The notes below the pieces were generated by a model. That model worked only from the letters and a program-made list of their open reading frames with translations, was not told where the DNA came from and made no database searches. Positions 52,070-64,000 of a DNA stretch of 64,000 bases are shown here, piece after piece (within the stretch, counting starts at the first letter, position 1; each line of letters begins with the position of its first letter). The translations under genes and the position numbers were made by a program. The stretch comes from Dicyema japonicum. Taxonomy: Eukaryota > Animalia > Dicyemida. The stretch covers positions 7,616 to 71,615 of the forward strand of contig RDEW01000038.1 of NCBI GenBank assembly GCA_011109175.1, written 5' to 3'.

Positions 52070-53790
52070 ATACAACCAATACATTGATGAATGTATTTCT
52101 TATGCATTTATCATGAGGCTAATTGTTGGGATTTGCCTTACACGTGGATTACCTCAAAGAGCTGCATCGCTATTGGAGAGTCAACGACCGAATATGTGTC
52201 CTACAAGTCAAACTAAATGATTTATGCCCGTCCAAGAGTCTATTAACTGTCATAAATGTCTATGCACCACACTGCGGACGAGTAATCAAGAACCCAGGTG
52301 AGCTCGAGGAATTCTACTCAGAACTATCAAGCACACATTCGAATAATTCTTCCTAGTCCCTTGTTTTTATAGCGGGAGATATGAATGCAAAGGCCAGAAT
52401 GCGAATAGGACCTCAAGAATCCTCTATTGGAAGACACGGGCGCGTAAGGAGAAATGCCATCGGGAGCCTCTCTGGTGAACTTCTGCGTGGCAAATAGCCT
52501 ATTCCTATGCAACACGGCCTTCACGTACTCAGCTCGCCACAAGACGACATGGCACGTCAAAGGAAAAACTCTGTTGGGGAGACCGTGAATATATATAATC
52601 AAATCGATTACATCTGCCGAAAGTCTGATAAACACTTGCTAAATGATGCACGTTCCTACTAGGGGACAACAACTGAAGCGATCATAGGATTGTTATTGCA
52701 GAACTGTCTGTAAAAAAGCACTTGACTGGGAAAAATATATTGATAACGCGATAAGTCGAGACAAAGGCCCAATATAGACTTTCAGACAGAAAAACTGTGG
52801 TTAGAGCGCACCTGTAGGGCTAAATATCACGAACAAATCGAGACTCTCATGGAGAAAACCGTACCGGAATCATCAGTACGAACTTTGTGGAATCCAACAA
52901 AGTAGATAATCTCTAAGTCTGCTGATATATACCTTGGAGTTCGAAACCATCACGGCCTAAAATTGGATCACCACCCGAACGTGCCAGATATGGCAAAGCA
53001 TTGTAGAGTGCTAAGCTAAAAGCGGCAAACATATCAGACGAGAGTATAAAAAAGAGCTTAAAATCCAAAAAAAGAACAGAAATGGAAAATCAAAAAGATG
53101 AACAGACAACATTCACGGAAATTATTTCATCCCTATTAAAAGATGTGGAGTGCCTAAAGGAAGAATAACAAGAATGCTGGGCCAGACAACATAAGCCCTG
53201 AGCTTTTAAGATATGGGCAAAAAAAACTTAGTGAAAAAATTGCAAAAACCCTAAATGACATTTTTGAAACTAATGCCGATCTAGGACTTGGAAATGGATT
53301 ATTAATACCCATAAAAAAACCGAACAAAGCAAAAGGACCAGTAGAAAATCTTCGCCCGATCATACTTCTGAACTCGATATGCAAGGTGCTGACAACCATA
53401 GCACTAAGTCGGATAAAGGGTGTGGCGGATCTATACCTACCAGCAAGTTAAAATGGGTTTCGAAAAGGAAGCGGACATTATATGGAGCCATAGATGGCGC
53501 TGTGCAATGCACCAAAGATTCAAAAGCACAACGACCGTGTTGGGAATAGTTCTCTCCAGAACTTTCGACTCAATAATCAGACAGAAACTGATGAATGTGC
53601 TTGAGCAAATATTGGATGAATCGTCGATTAGGATAATCAGACTACTTACGAACACAAGATTATCGATGAGGACAGAAAGAGCAACTTCCCGCAGTTTCAA
53701 AACAACGATTGGGACACCCCAAGGTGATTCCCTCTCCCCTTTACTATTCATCAAATACGGTAAAACCTCTTTGTCGTCTCTCGAATCCTC
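52070..53790 (+). mobile_element. RTE LINE (APE + RT N-terminal part), truncated by the CRE insertion
   Basis: VINVYAPH...EEFYSEL, NQIDY, AGPDNISPELL, NLRPIILLNS and GTPQGDSLSPLLFI. Confidence 0.9.
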
Positions 53791-53799
53791 CGCATTGTA

Positions 53800-56700
53800 A
53801 AAATAATTTTTTTTATTTTTTTAATTATTTTTATTTTTTAATTCAAAAATTTTTTTTAACAATTAAACAAATGTCAGTTGAGGAAGCTGTTGCGTGGATT
53901 GCGAACGAGTTCCCTCGGAGTATGGCTATTCCTATCTTTTGTCTTAGCCATAACCCTTCTCGTTGATCCCTTTTTTTCTGGCAAGTAATCCTCCGAGTTC
54001 TCGCAAGAACTCAGCCGTCATTGGACCAACGGCTCCCGATGATTCGATCGCAACAGGAGTAAATCGGTAGCGATCCCCGAGGCAAGAATATTTCTTGATT
54101 TTTATTTTCCGCAGTCGAAGTAGCTGCTCCAGGTGTCTGAACCGATTTAAAAATGTTCGTGCTTGAGAACGTGTCTATGCAAGTTGCGTCCCAGACCAAA
54201 GATCTTCCAGACGTGAAGGGGAAAAGGGTCATCCCGTCAGGTCTCTTCCCATCTCTCGATCAAGACCCACTGGTTCAAGCTGTGCTGGGAAGCCTGAAGC
54301 CTTCAGAGCTCTGACGATCACATCATTCAGAGCAGCATGACGTGGTCCCCTTCCGGCGCTTCTTCTGCAGGACAGCGGGTGCAATCCTTTCGCATCGACT
54401 ATTTTCCCGCATCGGCATCGGTGCTCCTGGCAAACGTCTAGTCCAGCCTTTGTCCGATTCCAATCCTCAAAGAATCGTCGTCCAAAAAGGTCCCGAGGTT
54501 TGGGCAAGGTATTGCACCAAGCCATGCTCCACTCCCTCTATTTGAAGCTGACACCAAACAAGCCAGACGATGTTGATTTGAATCTTTTTTAAGGTCTTCC
54601 AAAATTTTGGAGCAGACAATGTCATCCCAATTACTTTGCTTCGTTGTGTCTTCTGGGATTTTGAGTCCGGACCCGTTCCATTTCCGACAAGCTTCTTCAA
54701 ATGACTCATTCCAGCGAAGTCCAATAGTGCTATGAAGGACTTGCCGTGTCAAATGGCTGCAGCTTGAGAGAGACGATAGGTATGCCGGGTACGCAACCTC
54801 CAGCGCCGAACTCATTCCGACACCCCAAATCCAGAGGGAAGCTTACATTGTTTCCAACCAAGTTCGTCGATGCGGACGTTAATTCGTGACTCAACTGTTT
54901 GCTTGAGAGATTTGTCTATCGAAAGAGATGTCATATTGTTCGTAGCAGGGTGAACATCGGAGTAGATATAAAAGGTAGTCCTGTTTCTCATCGAAAGATG
55001 TGTGAGAGTCGAGACATGACAATCTTTTCGCAAGGCGTGTTAATTCTTCATTTTTGGAAAGTAGATGGTTCTTGAGTTCTTCGCTGAGTGGGAATCCGAG
55101 GAAATATAATTTATCAACTGGCACAGTCGGGATCCCAGAAAGCAGTTCGTTAAAAGACTCCTTGATAGAGAGGAAGTCGGTGTATGGATATGAGACATTT
55201 ATTAGCTCTGATTTGTTAACATTGATGTCCAAGCACAAATGTTTTAAAGCGGGTAACGCTTTACGTAATGAATTGTATGTTTCTTTGAACGATCCTCCAA
55301 TTGTGGCATCATCGAGGTACCAGAGATTTAGCTGAGCATCAATTGAACTCACAACCTCATCAATGGTCAAGGCAAATAATAGAGGTCCGAGCGGATCTCC
55401 TTGTTGACACCCGTTTTTGATTTAATAATTTCATTTTCAAAACCAAAGACGTATCTTCCCCATAGGATAAATTGACAAAAGGTAAAAGCTTTTTAACCCT
55501 CTTCCAACACGTTTTCATAATTTCATCTCTTCTGAGAAAATTGAACGCATTCGTTATGTCGAACTTGATTCCAATGCATTCGTTTAAAATATTTTTCTGT
55601 GTGAAGAAACGCCTTGCTGCATGAACCGCAACTTCACATCCGTTCTGGATTCTAACACCCATTTTTTTAGGAAAAAACTCCTCTCCGAGTTGTCGGCTCA
55701 CCAAGGTCGATGCTATTTTTGCTGCAAGTCTTCTGAAATAGTTCCCGACCGCTATGGGGGGATTCCTCCGTTTTTTTGAAAGCAAGTAGCCTTGCAAGAA
55801 GACAATTCTCTGCATATTTTGGGATGTCGTCATTAACCATTTTTCTGATTAGTCCGTAATTGATTTGACAAGACAGCGTTCCAGCTTCCAGGAATGGACG
55901 TAAGTCCTTAATATGCCAGACGTAATCTGGATGCTTTATATAAGGTATTTAGGACCTCAGGAGTACAAGACAATACTTGTCATCGGATGTGATAACCCGT
56001 AAGGCTGCCCGCACGTCGTCTTCCAGAAGTTTCCGTTTACTCTCTCCTTTAGTTTGTTGGGCATCTTTATGAATGCTCCTCTGGTTTCGACCTCATTAAC
56101 ATTAACTGGATGTTCAAGTATACGTGTATGTTATGCAGCTAAAATTCATTATGTTCGTTTCATTTCCTCGGATAAGTTGAGTCGGGATGTTTCTTTATTA
56201 TTGTCCTAAGATTCCTTGTAGGTATTCCGAGTGCGACAGGTGCAAAGCATATAAGTTTTAGCCAGGATCCCAACTGTCAGAGGATAGTGCTGATCAATGC
56301 ATCTGAAAGACACGTTGCTGCGGCAATTCGTACTCCTTTAGGGATTTTTACTGGATCTTCAAGAGAGTATGGTCTGTATGTGCATTGTAAAGTTTGGCTA
56401 AGTTATTTTTCCCGCCTGGGGCCTCCATTCCAATACAAGAAAGGCACAGCCAACTCGACAGCGTCTCGGCGCAAGCTTTACTTATTTTTATGCAGCCCAG
56501 ATGGGCGAATGATTCACATTGTGTAGAGTTAATCCCATATTTCCTGATGTTCGATTGTCCACATAATAACATACCTGATTTGTCCGTACTGGATTTGTTC
56601 TCGTACTTTGTCTTCTTTTCGTTCTTTATTTTCCATGAGATTTTCTTCAAAAATACTTTAAAAAATAAAAAAATACTTCTACACGAGACATCATCTTTTT
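53800..56700 (-). mobile_element. CRE-clade (RLE-type) non-LTR retrotransposon, near full length, with N-terminal PHD finger
   Basis: PIAVGNYFRRLAAK, HAARRF, DITNAF, QQGDPLGPLLF, WYLDDATIGG, AWLGAIP, RHAALND and LVWDATCIDT. Upstream C..QCESFAHLGC...WLCLSC. A-rich 3' tail at about 53800-53870. Confidence 0.92.
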
Positions 56701-56779
56701 TGTGTTGTTGGTCCTAATGAAACGTAAATCTTTTCCGGAGATTTAAACGTGTTATTTCAAGACGACCCTTTAATGACCT

Positions 56780-57900
56780 GAGGAGCAAAAGGAATGTATC
56801 CACCTTGCTTTTTTTCAGAATTATCTAGGAATCGATATTTGAAGTTCAATGAAATCGAAGAGGATACCATGTCGTGGATTGAACTGATGGAAACCAGAGA
56901 GGCAAATCTTAATGACGCGATATTCCTAGGGTTTTTCAAAGAAACGTCAAATAGCTGATTTTAAAGCCAGTCGTGGATGGATCGAAAAATTTAAAAGACG
57001 AAATGGGTTGAAATTGAGGAATTTTTATGGAGAATTATCTACAGAGAATTTCTCAAATTCTGAAGTTAATGATTTTTTCATTATATAACAGCAAAAATAA
57101 AATTATATGGTGAAGAAAATGTCTATAATGCAGCTGAGACAGGATTATTTTATAAAGCTCTTCCATGCAAAAGCATTTTCAAGATGAAGAGATACGGGCA
57201 TAAATTATTGACGGATCGAATATCGATGATGCTTTGTTCAAATATTACTGATAAAATAACACCATTCATTATTGGAAAATTCAAAAATCATAAATGCTTT
57301 AAAAATTTTAGCTACCAAAGTTTTGTAACCTATAATAATTCTAAAAAGCATGGATGGATTCCAAGTTATTCAATACATTTTTGTTTGAATGGGATATCAG
57401 GTTGGCTAAAGAAAAACGCAAATACTACTTGAACTCGGAAAATCATCATCCGAGGCATGTAAAGAAATAAGCCTTAAGGATGCTATAATTTATACCCATC
57501 AAGCATGAGCAAAGCTAAATAGTACAACAATACTGCTTTCGACATGCTAAATGGACCCAAGATTTTGTTGAAGAAATTAATGACGAGATTTCGGCTGAAA
57601 CTTATCATAATTCGTGTCAAGACTACAAAAAATGATCCAATTCCAGATCATGAGTTTCTTCTTTATGAGTATACAGAGAATGAAGAGATTCTGGAAAATT
57701 TGGATGAAAATACTAAATGATTAATGGTGGAGAACAAAGGAATGAACAAGTCGTTTTAGACTACGATGCAGTGAATGTTGTCGAAACATTGAGGAAGTAG
57801 TTCAAACAAAAGGATGAAATTAACTTAAATGTCTTCAATCACCTGATGTTAGAGGAAACATCAAAACAAATACTAAAACGATTTAAAGGAAATTAATGTT
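56780..57900 (+). mobile_element. pogo/Tigger (CENP-B-like) transposase remnant
   Basis: FKASRGWIEKFKRR, ETGLFYKALP, DRISMMLCSN and PFIIGK. Confidence 0.85.
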
Positions 57901-58149
57901 TTCATTTTTTAATTAGTCTTGGCCTGTAACTCCCATGTCAAGAGGATTCTACACTCTCTACCTGAATTCTATATTGACAAGGACGCCAGCCATGCTCGTG
58001 AGCCTGGAGCCGCACTTATTAGCTTTCCCTGACTTCCTCGTTCTTTCAGAGGCTTGACGATGCTATTTGCTGGAATTCGTTCAAAGATTTGCTAGTGTCA
58101 TCTAGCCAGAATCGCCATGCCTGTTGTTGTCAGGGCGTACGAAGATGTG

Positions 58150-59010
58150 ATGTTACTAATAAGCTCGCTCTTACTAGAGAGCTGAAGATTTACTAAGAAG
58201 GAAAACACTGGCAAATGCAGCACTGGCTAACTGAGGAAAGGATGACTAAGAGCCAAAGCACTTGGAATTGACATCAGATGCAGGCTTTACAACGCCTTTG
58301 TGAAACTGATCCTACTGTACAACGCTGGGACTTGGGTAAGTTCCTTCAACAAACTAACGAAACTGGATTCGTTCCACAGAGGGCAGCTAAGAAGCTTTCT
58401 CAGAATGGAGTGGCCACGTAGAATATCAACCAGTGGTATTTACAACAAGTTTATGTGTTAAGTACATCAGTAAGGATGTGATAGATGCCCGGTGGAGGCT
58501 ATTTGGACATGTATTACGAATGAACTCTGACGCACCCGCTAACAAATCGATGGAAGATTACTTTGACAGTTGCGACAAACCCTTCCGCGGACAACCAAGA
58601 ACGACATCTAAACCTGTTGTGAACGTTTCTTTATTATCCTTCATGTCCTTTTATCGTACAACGCGTTTCTCTATTTTTTCAGATTTCTGAAAGTCTGCTC
58701 GGGACGACGAGATTGCTGATGGGTTGAAGAGCTGGTTGGTGGCTCTCTTGATACACACCCACTGAGAAACTAAACCAATATTCTTAACAAAAAGACTCAT
58801 TCGACCCTTATGGAAAAGGATTTGTCAGGGAAACAGCCATTCCATTCTATCAGCTGGATTATTTTAATTGTCTTGTTTCGTAAGAAATTGTTTTCTTAAA
58901 AAAAACAAATTAAGATCGCTTGCATTCGACAGAGGAAAATGGAAAAGATTAACGCTTAATGTTGTTTTGAGTGTTGCACATGCGGGGGCTTTCGTGAAAG
59001 TGCCTTAATA
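58150..59010 (+). mobile_element. RTE LINE 3' remnants
   Basis: RLYNAFVKLILLYNAGTW, RWRLFGHVLRM, FRGQPRTT and a (TAA)n tail at about 59005. Confidence 0.8.
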
Positions 59011-60509
59011 ATAATAGATGCATCGTGTTCAATGCTCATTTGCTATACTTCCATGCACAACCACAATTCAAGAAACCTTCACGAATGTCATTGGCCATAA
59101 TTCCGAGTCTATGAAAATTAAAGCACTTCTACTTGAACGGCAGCGACAATTTGTTAGGGCGACCAACCTATCAAGCGACCCCCTTTGCGACACCTGTGTC
59201 AAATACCACGAAAACCACCTGAGATAGGTGAAACTCCAATCACTTCGGTCTGGGATCACTTAGCTAGGACATTTTTAACCCAATGATCCTGAGGAAATAA
59301 TAGGACTTTAAAAATAATTTTTGTTCAATAAAAAAGCTTGGCGAAGTGACCGACTTAGGAATATCGGAAATCAGAACTTCTGGACAAATGAAGGAAGTGC
59401 TGGATACACACAGTATACGGGATCAAATCCAGTCTGGTTAAAAGTGAAAATACTTGGATGATCACACGTCAAATGCAGGGGATCACCTTGTCGAAAGGCT
59501 GAAGTGATGGCGTACTTTATTGCATTAAATGTCTACTTTTATTGCATTAAGTGCGGCCCTCACGCGGACTTCGACAAGCATAAGCGCGGCCCGTGATGAA
59601 TTAAGATTTCATTCCAAATACTTACATAAACGCCCATGAAAATATAATAATAGACAATTACTTTAACAATGAGAGCAAACGATCGTTCAGAGGAAGGCCT
59701 AGAGTCACTCTCCCTGTGGCTCTAAACAAGGATCTTAATGAAATTGGAAAAAAAACTTAAATCTACAGAAGACGTAGAAGATCTACGAACAGATGCGCAA
59801 AGCAGAGGTCGATGGAGACGCCTAGTGAAGCAAATTTTGAAACGTGTGGCACAAACGGGACCTTAGTTAATATAACGTTCCTTGGTTCTGTGAAAGTGCT
59901 TTTTAATAATAATAAATGTCTACTTATCTTTATGATAGGTAAAAGCCCATATTTTTCTTTCAGTCCTCATAAACGAGATGACGAATTTAGGAGACGTCAG
60001 AAATCAATGTTCTGAATAAAAGATGCATTTGTAGATGAACGAAGTATCAAGGTTCAGAGTATTCGACTATTTCCAAAATTTATTTTATTCAAATCTGGCA
60101 CTTTCATTTTCAAAAGCATTTCTATGGAAAGGACTCTTAGTGAAATCTTACAAGTTGATGGGAGAGAGGTCGTAAATTTTAAGTAACGTATTTTATCAAT
60201 TTAATGAAATTAGCTTGTAAACTAAGAGAATTCTTACCTTTAAGGGAATATAGAAGTTTCGAATCTTTAACTAACCGACATTAGTGATTAGCGTGGGTTA
60301 CTCCATTTGAAAATCAAGGACTCGGGAGCCAATATGATTTCGTGTTAGGATTCTGGCAAGTGATTGGAATTTTGTTATGAGAAGCAGAAAACCATTCATT
60401 GATCGGAAATATGTCAGAGCATACATGCTCGGTATTGATTCTTGTATATGAATTGAAGGATGCAATATCTTCGATCGTGATGAATTAAGATTTCATTCCA
60501 AAATAGGTT

Positions 60510-60680
60510 GACTAGTGGCGCCGTCATCAGTGTTTCATCACTGCGGAACTGGATTGTCTTCTGGACTCACACAGGCGAAAAGAAAGGAACGAGAAATCAA
60601 GATATTCAATGTCTTGGATTAATTAGCATGACTGTTCTTACTTCATAGATAGTGAGTTCTGCCTAAGGTGAGGCTTAAGT
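60510..60680 (+). mobile_element. tRNA-derived SINE, partial copy
   Basis: gcgccgtcatcagtgtttcatcactgcggaactggattg...ggactcacaca is shared with the 17340 and 18000 copies. Confidence 0.7.
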
Positions 60681-61794
60681 AATGGAAACATTACTACTCC
60701 TTTCCAAGACGGCTGTTTATCTATTTATTACAAAATGTGGATTTTTATGGTTTTTTCTCAAAACGAAGGTATTTTAATAAAAATCGTTTAGGACGTATTC
60801 AGGACTAATTTTTGTTTGACTTGATAACGGAAAATTTTCTAAGATGTCAATGGATTAATTCTCGAGCGTTCTGATCAAGGACCTCACGTCCATCTCTACA
60901 GAATCATTGAATTATGATTTTTAAATACATAAATATTATTTGGAAACTAACGATTTTAAGGAACAACTAAATAATAATGACTTTTTAATTATTTTGAAGG
61001 AAAAGTAGGGTATTTATTCACTTTACCTATATTCAATTGAATTATTAGTAATCTTGAGAAATCCAGTGTCCACTAAAATTAGTTAAATATATAATTCTTT
61101 CTTTTTCTGTCATTTAAATCAATTAAATATCTGATGAATATGTGAACAGCTGTGAAATCATGTCACTTCATAAAATACTCCTAAATCCTAGTTAATCAGG
61201 GTTATCGAATTAAATTACTGTTTTATTCCAAAACCCAATAAATGAGTGTTAAAAGTCATCATTTATTTTATTATTTTAGGATCACTGGGTTAAAAGAGAA
61301 AATATCCTCAGTTAACTAAGAGATCTCAGACCGACGAGGGGAGGGATACCTGCAAAGACGGGTATCCCATGCTGCTGTACTCATGAGACATATATTCAGC
61401 TCATTTGGAAGAGAGGAGGTATTATATCTTAAAAAATTTATAGAAAGGACTATTTGGAAGTTACGCTGGCCCAAAAAATTCATTGTCGTTTGATAATGTG
61501 CTTCAAGAGGCACAGATTCAGAATTAGAGCCGATGACTCTGTTGGCTGTTTAAGGACAAAAAAACACTGGGAAATAAACATTAACCACAACGCATTATCT
61601 CAAATCTTATCATAATTTGATTATCCCCATAAAACACAAATATATTAATAAAATTCATATTATTTGCATAAATTATTGTCAAACCCAAGTATTATAATTA
61701 AATTATGAATATGAAAGCAATAAATTAATCATCTATTACGGCTTTATCGCAATTATATAGAGCGATCGCGCTTATAACGTTTTAATGCTCAACA

Positions 61795-62967
61795 GGATTC
61801 TCAAGTGCAGTGAACCATATTATGTCAGGTTTTCTGGTTAAACTACCCAGAACCCATTTTTCATTCGAAAAGGATAATTTTCACGATCAAATGGAAAAGC
61901 TTAGCTTCAAATCCGGAGATATCCTCCACAGTTGAACTCTTCAGATCAGGATTGGTGGGTTGCTTGCCATGTAGATGAAATTACATGTGAGGATATTCCT
62001 GGTGATGGTCTGATTCCAAGCACTAACAAGTATTATATTAAGCTATTTTATTTAGAGCAAGGGTCATCATATCTCACAAAAATAAGAAAGTAAAGTTTAA
62101 TTTATCCAATCATAATGTATAATTATCTCACATATAAGAATAATGATACAAGTGCCTCATACAGTATAGGTTGTTTTAGCAACTTTTTAAGACTCCGAGC
62201 AAACAAAATGACCATTTTGAATGTACTAAATATATTATAAGTAGTAAATATTGCTGATTTTATTAATCCATACACTAAAGTGTGGAAAAACTGAATGGTT
62301 TGGCTGATAACTCTATGAAATAGATCGTAATCGACCTGTTTTAATATATGCGCTAGATATCAAGAGGATTATCTATGATCTCATGAGTAGATCTCAGAAA
62401 AATACAGATTCCCATACCCCGTAATTATTGTAATTATCTAAAGATACTACCAAGGACTCCAAACCCGGAGAGCAAGATGGGGTAAATTACTATTTTTGTT
62501 GCGAGGAAATATTTAATTCGATGGAATTCATTGAATTTGGATTTTACAAAAAACATAAATACGGAATTTCAGCTGAAGAAGTCAACCGAGTTTTGGAAGT
62601 ATAAGCATAACTTTTTAAAGAGCGGCCGAATTTGTCTTTTGGAAATACGGCCAGAGTCAATAATGTATCTCCAATGTGAAAACATCTTCCCAGTCGTTAT
62701 ATTCATTAGAACTCCATCATATGAGGAAGCCAAGTTTGCAAGCTGTGTCGATTAATAGATAGATTATACATTCAGGAAGACAAAATATTTATGAAGCATA
62801 CAAGGATAATCTCTTCTTTTGAAAAAATCTACTCACATCTGTTTACAGGTCTTTCTTATGTTATTTTAGAAATTATTGAAGAAACGAATTCATCTGAGAT
62901 GCAGAAAATGGTTGAAGAGGCCATCGAGCGTCATATTCACAATAAATATGTATGGATCCATACTTAG
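61795..62967 (+). CDS. DLG-like MAGUK, SH3-HOOK-guanylate kinase part, with frameshifts; the 5' part may extend to a PDZ-like piece at about 60140
   Basis: SH3 YYVRTHF...LSFKSGDILH..NSSDQDWW...GLIPS. GK RPVLI..., PHTTK...EQDGVNYYF, FIEFG, HLFT, YVWIHT*. Introns are 21-26 nt. EILQVDGREV at 60142 is PDZ-like. Confidence 0.8.
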
Positions 62968-63039
62968 TAGGAAATAATCTTTATTTTAAATTCTAAATAA
63001 ACGTTTGTTCTTTTTACTATTGAAATTATGGTCATCTAG

Positions 63040-63680
63040 TGTTTTTTTACTACATCCCCGGATGAATCTAGTCTAACGGATTGACCCTTCTAAGCTTCAT
63101 TAACCTAAAGAAATAGTCTTCCCTTGGAGATCGTTTCCGCTTTGTCCCAAAAAAACTCTTGAGTGGTTGAAGGAATGGATAACTGAATCGTAAACGAAAT
63201 CGGGAAAACGATTGCGGCACAACTTAAAGACTCAAATAAAACAATTTTTATTGAAAAATAGCATATTTGTTGCGAATCGGGAATTTATCTCGTTCCTTTT
63301 TGAACTATTTTAAAGAGGATAACCCTGGGATTTTTGTGAAGTGGACGTTTCCAACGCCTTCAATTCGGTGAGGAGGGCCATCTTCTGAAACCGTTTGAGG
63401 AGAGATCCAAGAATTATCCAGATTACGAACCTCGCATACGGTACTCCAACCCATCTCATTATTGGTGATGATCTCATTAAATCATCGACTGGGATCCAAC
63501 AAGGTGATCCTCTTGGTCCGCTTCTTTTACGTTGGCAATGGATGAGGATGCCCATTTGTTTGTGACGGCTTTCAATTGTTGGTATTTGGACCATACTACG
63601 ATTGGTGGATCTTCCGAGAAGGTTATGAATAGTCTTGAAATACTTTTTTTCTTAGCAGTTATGGACTCGAGATTAATGCG
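63040..63680 (+). mobile_element. CRE-clade RT remnant
   Basis: DVSNAFNSVRR, TGIQQGDPLGPLL and WYLDHTTIGG. Confidence 0.85.
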
Positions 63681-64000
63681 AGAAAATCTAAAATTTGTAA
63701 TCTGGGACTCTCTCTAGATGAATTCTTTAAATCATGATGCTGGATAATATCTTTTTTTCCCATGTTGTTATTACCGATGTGGAACATCTTATTGTATTGG
63801 GCTCCCCCATTTCCAAAGAGATTATCCCTCGTATTCTTAATAGAAAAAATTCGGAGATTAGCGGAACCACCGTTAATCTTCTTGAACTTGATCCACCTGA
63901 TGTTTTTTATTGAAGAATTATTTTTTCCTTCCAATGCTAATGTTTTTGACACTTTGCTCTCCTTGCTACCTCTTTCCGAAAAGTCTGGAGAAATTCAATA

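Noticed and set aside
63659-63952. 97-aa minus-strand ORF at the window end
   Set aside because: No recognisable domain, it overlaps a CRE remnant boundary, and its context is truncated.

Overview
AT-rich eukaryotic (animal) genomic DNA, not prokaryotic. About ten host genes can be rebuilt by hand. All are broken by unusually short GT-AG introns (about 21-30 nt), which is why the six-frame ORF track is fragmented. Introns this short together with ciliary and metazoan genes fit a dicyemid mesozoan best; this is an inference, not a database result. Genes: AARSD1 (8.5-9.9 kb, -), a kazrin/liprin-family triple-SAM protein (13.0-15.0 kb, +), a co-oriented minus-strand block of an SLC46-like MFS transporter, CEP131 (with a canonical RFX X-box), RABGGTA, MRPL3 and an Ig-domain membrane protein (20.7-31.7 kb), convergent FAAP24 and a C-type lectin (36.2-37.6 kb), a C2H2 zinc-finger gene (42.4-43.2 kb) and a DLG-like MAGUK (to 62.97 kb). 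The rest is mostly nested transposon debris: RTE and I/Jockey-group LINEs, CRE-clade retrotransposons (one with a PHD finger), a Buster-type hAT with intact TIRs and 8-bp TSD, pogo/Tigger pieces and a tRNA-derived SINE family, plus an 18S rRNA fragment. The strongest leads are: apparently length-defined tiny introns, including stop-free 3n introns; a 69-nt gap between co-oriented genes (operon-like); an X-box 3 nt from the probable CEP131 start; recurrent single-base frameshifts in conserved genes (most likely consensus errors, but all repairable by one C); and a PHD-bearing CRE retrotransposon. No CRISPR array or intact tRNA/rRNA gene was seen. Most TE boundaries are approximate.
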